Made by a program: the position numbers and the translations under genes. From contig CAWGVS010000006.1 in assembly GCA_963826115.1 (NCBI GenBank), forward strand, positions 1 through 64,000: 64,000 bases of DNA. The letters are read 5' to 3'. The notes under the pieces were generated by a model. The model was not told the DNA's origin and searched no databases. It saw only the letters and a program-made list of their open reading frames with translations. The DNA is from an uncultured Candidatus Rokubacteria bacterium. Lineage in GTDB: Bacteria; Methylomirabilota; Methylomirabilia; Rokubacteriales; DASRDR01. This document shows positions 1 through 10,850 of the stretch, one piece after another. How positions within the stretch are numbered: position 1 is the stretch's first letter; each line of letters opens with the position of its first letter.

Positions 1-3000
1 TCAACCCCCGGTCGCCATTCCGGGCGGTCCGTATTCCGCTTCCCTGGGCCAAGCAGTGGCCCTCGATGGCACCGGATCGCTTGACCCCGATGCCGCGTGC
101 GGCGACTCCATCGTCGCGTTTCGGTGGAAGTCGCCGGGCTGGCGGCTCTTACGGGAGCCACGCCGATCCTCAGCACCGCCCAGGTCCTCGCGCTCGGTCC
201 CGGCTCCCACACCGTGCAGCTCACGGTGACCGATAGCTTCGGGCTCACCGCGACGGCGTCGACGACCTTGTCGGTGGACACCCAGGAGCTCTTCGTCGCC
301 AACTATCAAGGCAGCACAGTGACCGTCTACGCGCGAACAGCAAACGGCAATCTCGCCCCGCTCCGCTCGATCGCCGGCGCCGCTACCGGCCTCGGCCAAC
401 CAACCGGCCTGGCGTTCGACCCCAATGACGACGAGATTATCGTGGCGAACGAGATCGGAAGTTCCATCACCGTCTACGCCAGGACCGCTGGCGGCAACAT
501 GGCACCCGTCCGGACCATTCAAGGCCCTCAGACCGGCTTGCAAGTGCCGACCGGAGTCACGCTCGACCTCGTGCACGACGAGATCCTCGTGGTGAGCCGC
601 GGTGATGATTCCGTCGGGTATTTCCGAGGACCGCGCAAGGCAATGTTGCCCCGGTTCGGGTGATCCAGGTCCGGCGACCGGCCTCAGCCTGCCGGTGGGG
701 CTCGTCGTCGACAACGTCCACGACGAGATCATCGTACCCAATGCAGACATATCCTCGGTGACCGTCTACGATCGTACTGCCAGCGGCAACGTCACGCCGC
801 TCCGCACCCTGCAGGGCGGGTCGACCGGCCTCGCCTTCCCGAACGGCATCGCCCTCGACCGAACCCGCGACGAGATCATCGTCGCGAACCGAACGACGTC
901 GCACATTACGGTCCATGCGCGTGCCGCGGATGGCGACGTGGCGCCCCTTCGAACCATCGGGGGCGCGTCGACCGGGGTGTCCCAGCCGGTTGGCGTCATT
1001 GTCGATCTCGTGAACGACCAGCTCGTGGTGGCGAACCTGGCGAATGGCGTCGTGACGTTCCCGAGGACGGCCGACGGAAACGTCTCGCCGGTGCGCCTTC
1101 TGACGGGCCCGAGCACCGGGCTGAACGGCCCCACCGGCATCGCGACCCTGCGACCCGTCACCCTCGCCGTGGTCAAGGACGGCTCGGGTGACGGAACCGT
1201 CACCAGCCTCGCCGGCCGGGATCGACTGCGGGACGGACTGTGCGGCGGTCTACGCCGCTGGTGCGGTCGTGACCCTGACGCCGACGCCGGCGCCCGGTAG
1301 TCTGTTCGACGGTTGGGCCGGAGACTGTGACGGCAGCGAGGATTGCACCGTCACGGTCGATCGGTCGCCGTCGATCACGGCGACCTTCTCATCTGCGCAA
1401 CTGCTCACCGTCACCGTCGCTGGATCGGGCAGCCTGACCAGCGATCCGCCCGGTGTGGCCTGTCCGGGGGACTGCTCGGAATCGTACGCGACCGAGACGA
1501 ACGTCACGCTGACGGTCACGCCGGCCGTGGGGTGGGTCTTCTCCGGCTTCGGCGGCGATCCGGACTGTGTCGACGGCACGGTCACGATGAGCGGACCGGT
1601 AACGTTGTACCGCCACGTTCAGACTGCCGGCCACCATCGCGCTCGGCAATCTCGCCCAAGTCTATGACGGCACGCCGCGGGCGGTAACGGCGTCGACGAC
1701 CCCGCCGGGGCTCGGCGTCGCCATCACCTATGGTGGGTCCGCTGCGGCGCCGATTCATGCCGGCAGCTACGCGATCGTGGCGACGCTCACCGAGCCGGGC
1801 TACCAGGCGAGCCCGGCCGTCCGGGACGCTGGTCGTCAGCCCGGCAAGCCAGGGCGTCATCTTCGCGCCGCTGTCTGACCGGACCTTCGGCGACCCGCCG
1901 TTCACGGTCGGCGCGACGGCCTCGTCGGGCCTCCCGGTGAGCTTCAGCGCGGCCGGCGCCTGCACGGTGGCCGGCACCACGGTCACGATCACCGGGGCGG
2001 GGAGCTGTACAGTCACCGCATCACAGGCCGGCAACACCGATTACTCGCCGGCGCCCGACGTTCCGCGAGGTTTCGTGACCGCGAAGGCGGCGGCAACGCT
2101 CCTGCTGGGCGATCTGAGCCAGATGTACGACGGGACGCCTCGGGCCTCGACGTTTACGACGACGCCAACGGACCTGTCTGGTGTCACGGTAACCTACGAC
2201 GGCTCGCCGGCGCCGCCGACGAACGCGGGGAGCTACGCCGTCCTCGCCGTCCTCGTGCATCCCGATTATCAAGCTCCTGATGTTGCCGGAACGCTGGTGA
2301 TCGCGAAGGCCAGCCAGACGATCACATTCGATCCCCTGTCCGACCGGAACCTGGGCGACCCGCCATTCCCTGTTGTCGCGACCGCTTCCTCAAACCTAGC
2401 CGTGGCGTTCGAGGTGACCGGCCCGTGCACGGTCTTGGGGACCTCCGTCACGTTGTCCGATATCGGGCTCTGCACCATCCAGGCCTCCCAGACTGGCGAC
2501 GGCAACTACGAGCCGGCGACACCTTCCACTCGAACATTTCTGGTCATTGGCACGAGCCTGCCCGGGACCTGGTCGCCCGTGGCTTCGATGATGACTGGTC
2601 GTTGGGCACACACCGCGACTCGTCTCTTGGATGGTCGCGTTCTCATCGTCGGAGGATCGACCGGCACGGTGCGGCTCGCGACGGCTGAGATCTACGATGT
2701 AGTTGATGAGACATGGGCGGCTACCCCGCCGTTCCAGAACGCGCGCTATGGGCACCAGGCGGTCCTGTTGCGGGACGGACGGGTGCTGATCGTGGGAGGC
2801 ACCGACGATACCGGAGTTCTCGCCAGCGTTCAGATCTACGATCCGGCCTCGAACGCGTGGGGCGCCACCGCACCCATGGCCGAGGGCCGGTACGTACCGA
2901 CGGCGACCCTTCTATCGGACGGTCGCGTTTTGGTCGCGGGAGGTGCTACTGCTTCCGGTCGGACCGACTCGACCGAGATCTACGATCCTGCGAGCGGAAC

Positions 3001-5544
3001 GTGGGCCGCCGGCCCGACCATGAATGCGCAACGATACGTCCACGCGGCGGTGGCGCTGCTCGACGGGCGCGTGCTGGTGGTCGGCGGCTTGTCACCCACG
3101 ACTGTCCACGCCAGCGCAGAGATTTACGATCCCGCGGCGGGCGTGTGGACGAGCGTCGCAAGCATGGCGACGGCGAGGGAATTCCCGGTGGCGACCCGGT
3201 TGCTCGATGGTCGCGTACTTGTCACGGGTGGGCGCAACACGTCAGGACAGTATGTCTCGAGCGCCGAGATCTATGACCCCACGACCGACACGTGGACATC
3301 AACCGCGCCCATGGGCTCGGCGCGTTATGATCACGCCGCCGTGCTCCTGCCGGATGGCCTAGTTCTCGTCGCCGGCGGCATCTTCCAGAGCGGCCTCCTG
3401 GCATCTTCCCAGCTGTACAATTGGCGCACCAACACTTGGACCGCGGGCCCGTCAATGGGCACGGGCCGACGGGCGTTCACCGCCACGGCCCTCACGAGTC
3501 ACCGGATCCTAGTAGCCGGCGGTGGCACGCTATCCAGCTTTAGCAATCCAGGTCCCGCCCAGGCGGGCGTCCAGGTCTACGGTAAGACGCCCCAGACGAT
3601 CACCTTCGCGGAGCTCCCTGATCGAACCCTGGGCGATCCACCCTTCTCGGTGGAGGCAACGAGCATCGTCCGACCTTGCCGCGGCCTTCGGCGCGGCCGG
3701 ACCCTGCTCCGTCACGGGCGCTCTGGTGACTCTGACCGGAGCCGGGAATTGCACGATTACCGCGCTCCAATCCGGGAGTGCGGAGTTTGCGCCGGCTCCG
3801 ACCGTCCCGCGGACCTTCGGGATCCTCGCGCCCCTGACGGTCTCGAAGGCTGGCACGGGAACGGGTACGGTGAGCAGCGCGCCCCCTGGCGTCAACTGCG
3901 GTGCGGACTGCGACGAGGCGTACGCCGCGGGCACGGCTGTATCGCTGACGGCGGCTCCGGCTGCCGGCTCGCTCTTTGGCGGCTGGGGAGGAGCGTGCAG
4001 CGGCACCGGGGGCTGCACCGTCACGATGACCGGTGCGCGGAACGTGACGGCCACATTCGTCCCGAACGACCAGGATCTCCTCGTGATCGCCGTCGTCGGG
4101 TCGCCGCCGGCCGTCGCTGGCCCGGCACCAGCTTCTCGATGACCGACACGACCCGGAATCAGGGCGGGCTGGCCGCGCCGAACTCGCGCACGAACTACGT
4201 CCTGTCCCTGGATGCTACGCGCGACGGCGCGGACGTGATCGTTGGCGGCCGCGGCGTGGGGGCGCTCGGCGCCGGCATCTCGTCCAGCGGGCGGTGACCG
4301 TGACGATTCCGGTCGCCGCGCCGTTCGGAACCTATCGCCTGCTGGTCTGCGCCGATGACGTGAAGGCGATCCCGGAAGCTGACGAGAGCAACAACTGTTC
4401 GTCGTCGCGGCTCGATCCAGGTGACCCGTCCGGACCTCGTCGCGACGGCCGTCGCCGTGTCGCCGGCGGCGGCTCTGCCCGGGGGGACGCTCCAGGTCAT
4501 CGACACCGTCCACAATCAGGGGTTGCTGCCGGCCGCCGCATCGACGATGCGGTACTACCTGTCCACCGACACGCAGAAGGACGCCGGCGATCGCCTGCTG
4601 AGCCCGACCCGCAGCGTGCCGGCCCTCGCCGCCGGCGCGACCTCGATGGGGCCGACAGCGCCGCCGATCGCCGTGGCGATCCCGAACAACGTGGCGCTGG
4701 GGTCCTACTACCTCCTGGCCTGCGCCGACGACACGACTGCGGTGGCCGAGACCAACGAGACGAACAACTGCCTCGCGTCCGCCTCGACGGTGCAGGTCAC
4801 TCGACCCGATCTCGTGACGACGGCGCTGAGTAGCCCGCCGCCGGCCGCGCTACCTGGTGCGACGTTCCAGGTCGTCGACACCGTCCTGAACCAGGGCGTG
4901 TCGGCAGCGGTGCATCGACGATGCGGTACTACCTGTCCGCCGACACGCAGAAGGACACCGGCGATCGCCTGCTGAGTCCGACCCGCCCTGTGCCGGCCCT
5001 CGCCCCCGGTGCGAGCTCGACCGCGCCGACGAGTCCACCGATCACCCTGACGATCCCGAACAACGTGGCGCTGGGGTCCTACTACCTCCTGGCCTGCGCC
5101 GACGACACGACTGCGGTGGCCGAGACCAACGAGACGAATAACTGCCTGGCGTCCGCCTCGACGGTGCAGGTTGCCCGTCCGGACCTGATCGAGTCCGGAC
5201 TCGGCGAGCCGCCTGCTACGGCTGCGCGGGGCAGCAGCTTCGCCGTCACGGAGACGGTCGTGAACCAGGGAGTTGTGGCCGCCGGGGCTTCGACCACCCG
5301 CTACTACCTGTCGACGGACGGCGTGGCTATGACCAAGCGGCTGAACGGCACCCGCGCCGTCGAGCCGCTCGGGCCCGGAGCGTCGTCTCCGGCGCCTCGA
5401 CCACGTCGGTGTCGGTTCCGAACAACACGGTGCTCGGGGACATATCGGCTGCTGGCTTGCGCTGACGACACCACGACGGTGACAGAGGGCGCCGAGACGA
5501 ACAACTGCCAGGCGTCGAGCGGAACCATCGTCGTGACACCGTGA
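1..5544 (+). CDS. Giant modular surface/secreted protein, 5'-truncated and frameshifted (PKD-like, NHL/YVTN-type propeller, InlB-B/Ig-like repeats, MBG-like, Kelch repeats, C-terminal CARDB repeats)
   Basis: Successive + ORFs (97-663, 602-1300, 1188-1667, 1730-4297, 3522-4142, 4421-4975, 4921-5544) continue one another across frame changes. Motifs: 'ELFVAN..SITVYARTA.GN.APLR', 'GIDCGTDC...VTLTPTP', Kelch 'HTATRLLDGRVLIVGG...AEIYD', CARDB 'YYLLACADD...ETNETNNC'. Stop at 5542-5544. Confidence 0.8.
4547..5175 (+). repeat. Near-identical tandem CARDB-coding DNA repeat (~374-bp period)
   Basis: atgcggtactacctgtcc..gacacgcagaaggac..cggcgatcgcctgctgag at 4547 and 4921, with shared downstream gatcccgaacaacgtggcgctggggtcctactacctcctggcctgcgccgacgacacgactgcggtggccgagaccaacgagacg. 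Confidence 0.85.
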
Positions 5545-5699
5545 GTTCTGGAGGTGAGGGTTGACGGCGGCGTCATACAGATGGCAGATGGTTAACAGGC
5601 AATCAATGGGCTAGCGAGGGGCTAGGTCGGTCCAGTACCTAATAGGCACCGTGTAGCATTCTGCAAGTCCAGCCCCCGCAACCAACGGCTAACGAACCG

Positions 5700-5723
5700 G
5701 CCTCCCAGGGTACCTTGGGAGGC
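5700..5723 (+). terminator. GC-rich hairpin downstream of the surface-protein gene
   Basis: gcctcccagg-gtac-cttgggaggc inverted repeat; no U-tract. Confidence 0.35.
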
Positions 5724-5871
5724 GCCACGTCCACTTTGCCACCACTTTGCTACATCGCCCGGCACAACCCGGCAATCCGGGGCACGCTGGGGCACTCATG
5801 AACCGTCGTGGACAGTACTGGGCCGAGCCCACGGAACCCCCCGCGATGGCGAGGAAATCCCGCGCGGAATG

Positions 5872-5880
5872 TGGTACCCT
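5872..5880 (+). promoter_or_regulatory. Possible extended -10 promoter of tRNA-Thr
   Basis: TG-G-TACCCT 11 nt upstream of the tRNA 5' end. Confidence 0.4.
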
Positions 5881-5891
5881 CCGGGTCCTGG

Positions 5892-5967
5892 GCCGACGTA
5901 GCTCAGTTGGTAGAGCAGTCGATTCGTAATCGACAGGTCATCGGTTCAAGTCCGATCGTCGGCTCCA
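5892..5967 (+). tRNA. tRNA-Thr(CGT), 76 nt with encoded CCA; integration target
   Basis: Acceptor GCCGACG/CGTCGGC, D arm GCTCAGTTGGTAGAGC, anticodon stem GTCGA/TCGAC with loop TT-CGT-AA (CGT 5925-5927), T arm ATCGG-TTCAAGT-CCGAT, CCA 5965-5967. Confidence 0.97.
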
Positions 5968-6243
5968 GCTTTTCAATCACCTCCACGCGGCTGGCATCAA
6001 GCTCCGTTGAATTGGCTACCACTCCAGAGTCGGCCGCGAGTTTCGTGGGCCGGCCAACGTGCCGATCCGGGTGCATGTCCGTATGGATCCGACGGCGAGA
6101 CAGCTTCTGGCCGCGGGGCCCAAGGTTGCGCGGAGTAGCCCGGCACCTCGCCGTGCATCCCAGCGCCGTGCGGCGCGCCCTCCTGCGTGGGGCTTCAGGC
6201 TCGGAGACGGCGCATGCGCGTGCCTTCGGCCCTTGCAGGGCCG

Positions 6244-7170
6244 CTATCGGCCGTCCGGGATGTGCGCCCCGCGCTCCTTGAGGACGACTGGCGAACCTGA
6301 TTCCATCGGCATGGCTCGCCGCCGTGCCAGGATGCCCGCGATTAGCCCGTGGCTCGGGGCCAGAAGCCAGACCAGGCCGAAGAGAACCGTGGCCACCAAG
6401 ACGATGGTCCCACCCGCCGCCACGTTCCCGTGATAAGAGACCACCAGCCCCACGACGCCTGACATCGCCCCGATGGCGGCACTCAGCCCGAGCATGATCG
6501 GCAGACGGTCCGTCAGCAGCCGAGCGGTCGCCGCGGGGGTGACGAGCATGGCCACCACGAGGATGTTCCCGACCGCGCTCAGCGACACGACGATCGTGAG
6601 CGAGATCATCGCCAGCAGGAGGAGGTTCACCCAGAACACCGGCACGCCCATCGCCTGCGCGGCCTCGCGGTCGAAGGCGACCAGCAGCAACTCCTTGTGA
6701 AGGAGGACGAGGAGCAGGAGGACGAGACCGCCGACGGCCGCCGACAGGGCGATGTCCGCCGTGGTCACTCCCAGGACATTGCCAAACAGGAAGGCGGCGA
6801 GGTCTCGCGAGTAATTCCGGGTCGTGCTGATCAGAACTACGCCGAGCGCGAACGACCCGGCGAACAGGACCCCGATGGCCGAGTCTTCCTTGACCCGGCG
6901 CGTGGTCGCGAGGACCACGATCGAGGCGGAGGTCAACAGCCCGAACGCGAGCGCACCCAGGAACACGCTGCGTCCCAGGAGGAAGGCAATGACCACGCCC
7001 GGGAAGATGGCGTGGGAGAGGGCATCGCCGATGAACGAGAGCCCTCGCAGCACGACGTACGTGCCGATCGCGCCCGTGACCGCGCCCATGAGGATCACCT
7101 CGATCAGGGCGCGTTGCATGAACGCGTGCGCGAACGGCTCCACGAGCCAGTGGACGATGGTTTCCATCAT
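6244..7170 (-). CDS. Zn/Mn ABC transporter permease (ZnuB/MntB family)
   Basis: 'GTYVVLRGLSFIGDALSHAIFPG', 'AVGNILVVAMLVTPAATA'; multiple TM segments. Confidence 0.92.
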   Translation of the reverse strand: MMETIVHWLVEPFAHAFMQRALIEVILMGAVTGAIGTYVVLRGLSFIGDALSHAIFPGVVIAFLLGRSVFLGALAFGLLTSASIVVLATTRRVKEDSAIGVLFAGSFALGVVLISTTRNYSRDLAAFLFGNVLGVTTADIALSAAVGGLVLLLLVLLHKELLLVAFDREAAQAMGVPVFWVNLLLLAMISLTIVVSLSAVGNILVVAMLVTPAATARLLTDRLPIMLGLSAAIGAMSGVVGLVVSYHGNVAAGGTIVLVATVLFGLVWLLAPSHGLIAGILARRRAMPMESGSPVVLKERGAHIPDGR

Positions 7171-8075
7171 TCGTGCTCGCGACCGAGAGGCTCGTGGACG
7201 TGTCGATGGTGAGGGTGCTCGACGGGGTGCGGGGCATGGGGCGGATGGGAGGAGGTGTGAGGCGGGACCACGGTCGCGGCAGACCCGGCCGGCCCCAGCA
7301 TGATGACCGGACCGCCGTACGTTTCAGCCAGTATCGCGGCCGTGTACGTCTCCCGCGTCGGCCCGTACGATACCAACCGCTGATTCAGGCAGCAGAGGCA
7401 GTCGCAGGCGCAGGATGCGCTGACGAGGTCGTGCGTGGCGAGCAGGACGATCTTCCCCGTCTGGCGCCCGCTGTCGATGATGGTCCGAATCACCTCTTGC
7501 GTCTGGGCGTCGATCCCGTTGAACGGCTCGTCGAGGAGGAGGACGTCGGCGGCCTGCGCGAGGGCTCGCGCGACGAAGACCCGCTGCTGCTGCCCGCCCG
7601 AGAGCTGGCCGATCTGCGTGCGACGGAGCTCCCACATCCCTACCTGGCGCAGCACCTGCGCCACGACCAGGGCATCGGCGGCGCCCGGCCGACGGAGCCA
7701 CCCGATATGAGGATAGCGGCCCATCATCACGACATCCCACACCGTCACGGGGAAGTCCCAATCGATCACCTCACGTTGAGGGACATAGGCGATGCGAGAC
7801 CGCAGGGTGGCTGACGGACGCCCGAACAGCGTCACCGACCCCTGCACGATCGGGACGACGCCGAGGATGGCCTTCAGGAGCGTGCTCTTGCCGCCCCCAT
7901 TCGGCCCAATGATGCCGATGACCTGACCCCGCTCGATGCGGGCATTGACGCCGCGCAAGACGACCTTCTGCTGGTAGGCGACGGTCAAGTCGCGGATGAC
8001 GAGCGCTTCATCAGTCTCGTCCTTGACGTTCCCGCGCGATGGAAGGTCGGTCGGCACGGTCGTCACGGTTATCAC
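7167..8075 (-). CDS. Zn/Mn ABC transporter ATPase with His-rich C-terminal tail
   Basis: Walker A GPNGGGKST, LSGGQQQR, LLDEP, 'YVPQR..DWDFP'; tail HPPHAPHPVEHPHHRHVHE. Confidence 0.93.
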   Translation of the reverse strand: MITVTTVPTDLPSRGNVKDETDEALVIRDLTVAYQQKVVLRGVNARIERGQVIGIIGPNGGGKSTLLKAILGVVPIVQGSVTLFGRPSATLRSRIAYVPQREVIDWDFPVTVWDVVMMGRYPHIGWLRRPGAADALVVAQVLRQVGMWELRRTQIGQLSGGQQQRVFVARALAQAADVLLLDEPFNGIDAQTQEVIRTIIDSGRQTGKIVLLATHDLVSASCACDCLCCLNQRLVSYGPTRETYTAAILAETYGGPVIMLGPAGSAATVVPPHTSSHPPHAPHPVEHPHHRHVHEPLGREHE

Positions 8076-8076
8076 C

Positions 8077-8982
8077 TTACTTCAGGGCGTCGGCGATCTT
8101 CCGGGCATTCGCGAGCCACATGCCCTCCACGGTCTCCGCCCCGCTCCCCGCCGGGCCCAGCGAGTCGCCATAGAGGTCCTCCACGATCTTCACGCCGGCC
8201 TCCTTGGCGAGCGTCGCGGCCAGCTTGGGATTGACGTTCGACTCCGCGAAGATCGCCTTGACCTTCTCGCGCCGGATGGTGTCGAGCAGCTTGGCCGTCT
8301 CCCCCGCGGAGGGCTCGGCCTGGGTCGACACGCTCGGGATGACCGCGCCGACGATCTTGAGGCCGAAGGCCTTCGCGAAGTAGCCCAAGGCGTCGTGGTT
8401 CGTCACCAGCTTCCGGCCGCCGGGCGGGATCTCGTTGAGGATCGCCTGCACCTGCGCGCGGGCCTCGTCGAGCCGCTTCTTGTAGGCCGTGGCCCTGGTC
8501 TCGTAGTCCGTCTTGTGCGCCGGATCGACCCGGGTCAGCGCGGCGACGATGTTGTCGACCATCTTCTTGGCGTTGGCGGGATCGTGCCAGACGTGCGGAT
8601 CGTCGACCATCTTCCCGTCCTCTTCCCCTTTCTGGAGGCGCACCCCGCGTGTCACCGTCACGACGGTCGCCCGCTTCCCCGCCTTCAAGGTCCGGTCCAA
8701 CCAGTCGTCGAGCCCGATCCCGTGCCGGAGGATCAGCGTGGCGCCCTCCAGGGCGACCAGGTCGCTGGCCACGGGCTCGAACTCGTGCGGGTCGACGCCC
8801 GCCGGGATGATGCCTTTGAGCGCGACCAGGTCGCCGGCCACCGCGGTCGTCAACGCGGTGATCTGCACGGTGGTCGCGATGACCTTGGACTGCTCCGCGG
8901 CGCCCAACGGGCTGGCGGCGAGGAGAGACACCAGCACCGCCGGAACGAGGACCCACGACAGGAGTCTTCTGAATACGCTCAT
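8077..8982 (-). CDS. Metal ABC substrate-binding protein (ZnuA/TroA family)
   Basis: Start MSVFRRLL with signal peptide; 'DPHEFEP', 'DPHVWHDP', 'TNHDALGYF'. Confidence 0.92.
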   Translation of the reverse strand: MSVFRRLLSWVLVPAVLVSLLAASPLGAAEQSKVIATTVQITALTTAVAGDLVALKGIIPAGVDPHEFEPVASDLVALEGATLILRHGIGLDDWLDRTLKAGKRATVVTVTRGVRLQKGEEDGKMVDDPHVWHDPANAKKMVDNIVAALTRVDPAHKTDYETRATAYKKRLDEARAQVQAILNEIPPGGRKLVTNHDALGYFAKAFGLKIVGAVIPSVSTQAEPSAGETAKLLDTIRREKVKAIFAESNVNPKLAATLAKEAGVKIVEDLYGDSLGPAGSGAETVEGMWLANARKIADALK

Positions 8983-9869
8983 TGTGATGCTCCTTTGCCG
9001 GTCACCACCGGCTCGACAGATGGGAATGCGGTGATTCCAGCCGTACGTCGGGCGCCGCGAACGTGTGTGATCAAGGACCAGAGCAGCAGCGCGAGCCCGA
9101 ACACACAAGCGACCGTGGCACCCGTCGGCAGGTCGAGGGTGGCCGAGGCGAGCATGCCGATCAGGCTCACCGCGGCGCCAAAGACCCACCCGACCACGAG
9201 GCGGGTGGCGACCGAGCCGCCGATGGCCAGCCCGGCCAAGGCCGGGACGATCAGGTACGCGAACACCAAGAGCACGCCGGCCACTCGGACGGAACTCGTC
9301 ACGACCACCCCGAACGAGGCGTAGAAGAGGAAGTCCCAGAGCCGGACCCGCCAGCCCTCGCGGAACGCGGCCGCCGGGTCCAGCGAGATCAGGAAGAACG
9401 GGCGTCGGCACAGCCAGTGGAAAAGTCCGACGGCCGCGTAGAGGGCCGCCACCTTGGCCACGTCCGGCGCGCGGACGGCGAGAATGCTGCCCACCAGCAT
9501 GGTTCGCAGATGCTCGGCGCCGTGGGGCGAGCGGTCGGCCAGGAGCACGGCCGCGGCGGACGAGACCGCGTAGACCACGCCGATCACGGCCTCCTGGGAC
9601 ACGCGGCGCGTGCGGCTCCGGGTCATGGCCAGCACCAGCGCGCCGAGCAGGGTGGCCGTGAGACCGAACCAGTACGATCCCGGATCCTCGGGGTCGAACC
9701 CCACCAGGAACGCGGCCGTCGCTCCCAGGGCCGCAATCTGGGCGAGGGCGATGTCCACAAACACCACTTCTCGGGCGATCACGTGAATGCCGAGATAGGC
9801 GTGGATCCCCGTCAGCACGAGGCACATGAGAAAGGGGGCCCACATCAGCGCGAGGAGATCGCCAGCCAT
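8979..9869 (-). CDS. Second metal ABC permease
   Basis: 'HAYLGIHVIAREVVFVDIALAQIAALG', 'GVLLVFAYLIVPA'. Confidence 0.88.
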   Translation of the reverse strand: MAGDLLALMWAPFLMCLVLTGIHAYLGIHVIAREVVFVDIALAQIAALGATAAFLVGFDPEDPGSYWFGLTATLLGALVLAMTRSRTRRVSQEAVIGVVYAVSSAAAVLLADRSPHGAEHLRTMLVGSILAVRAPDVAKVAALYAAVGLFHWLCRRPFFLISLDPAAAFREGWRVRLWDFLFYASFGVVVTSSVRVAGVLLVFAYLIVPALAGLAIGGSVATRLVVGWVFGAAVSLIGMLASATLDLPTGATVACVFGLALLLWSLITHVRGARRTAGITAFPSVEPVVTGKGASQ

Positions 9870-9883
9870 GCGAGCGTCGCCTC

Positions 9884-10837
9884 CTACCGCAACGCCTGGG
9901 CGAGGGTGTTCACGTTGTACGCGATCCAGTCGAGGTAGGCCTCGGCGCCCTTGACCGCGCCGGCTCCGGGGGCGAGGAGAACGACCCGCGCCCCGGTGTC
10001 GGCCGCCAGGCGGTCCGCCAGCTTCCGGTCACCCCAGGGCTCGAGGATGAGTGCCTTCACACTCTGCGCCTTCATTTGAGCGGCGAGCCGCACCAGGTGT
10101 CCTGGCGTCGGCGGAATGCCGGGTCGCTCCTCCACGGTCCCGCCCAGGACGAGGCCGTACCGCGCGAAGAAGTAGGCCCACTGGCTGTGGTCGACGACCA
10201 CCTTCGCGCCTTTGAACGGGGCCAAGGTTCGCGCCCAGTCCGCCATCGCCGGCTCGAGGCGCGCCAGGAACGCCGTCCGGCCGGCCTCGAAGGCCGGCCG
10301 CTGCTCCGGCGCGACCCGAGCGAGTCCATCGACGATGTTGGCGGTGATGATCGTGGCCATGCCCGGGTCGAGCGTGTAGTGGGGATTCCCCACCGGATGG
10401 ACGTCCCCCATCGAGCGGTCGACCTTGCCCGCCGGCACCTCGAGGACCGGAATGCCGATGGACGCGTCGACCCGCCCGGGCGCCCCGGGGATGAGCCGCG
10501 GGTTGTTGGCCCCCTGAATCGAGACCTCGGCCCAGCCGTCGAGCTCGAGGCCATTCAAGATCACGAGGTCGGCCCGTCTGAGCTTCACCATCTGCGACGG
10601 GCGAATCTCGAGGTCGTGCGGATTCTGGTTCCCGCGGGCCAGCGAGTCGACCTCGACCAGATCGCCGCCCACGGCCTGTGTGAGGGCCTTCAGGTCGGTC
10701 GTCGAGGCCACGACGCGGATCCGGTCGGCCCCTGCCGCCGGGCGGGGGCCAGGACCCCCCGCCCAGCCGAGCACGAGCCCGATGCCGATCACGGGGATCA
10801 CAGAGCGTGGGGCGAGCCGACGGATGAGTCGTCGCAT
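9884..10837 (-). CDS. Second metal ABC substrate-binding protein
   Basis: Start MRRLIRR; 'QNPHDLEIRPS', 'GDVHPVGNPHYTLDP', 'EERPGIPPTPGHL'. Confidence 0.9.
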   Translation of the reverse strand: MRRLIRRLAPRSVIPVIGIGLVLGWAGGPGPRPAAGADRIRVVASTTDLKALTQAVGGDLVEVDSLARGNQNPHDLEIRPSQMVKLRRADLVILNGLELDGWAEVSIQGANNPRLIPGAPGRVDASIGIPVLEVPAGKVDRSMGDVHPVGNPHYTLDPGMATIITANIVDGLARVAPEQRPAFEAGRTAFLARLEPAMADWARTLAPFKGAKVVVDHSQWAYFFARYGLVLGGTVEERPGIPPTPGHLVRLAAQMKAQSVKALILEPWGDRKLADRLAADTGARVVLLAPGAGAVKGAEAYLDWIAYNVNTLAQALR

Positions 10838-10850
10838 GTCCCAGTCCCCC

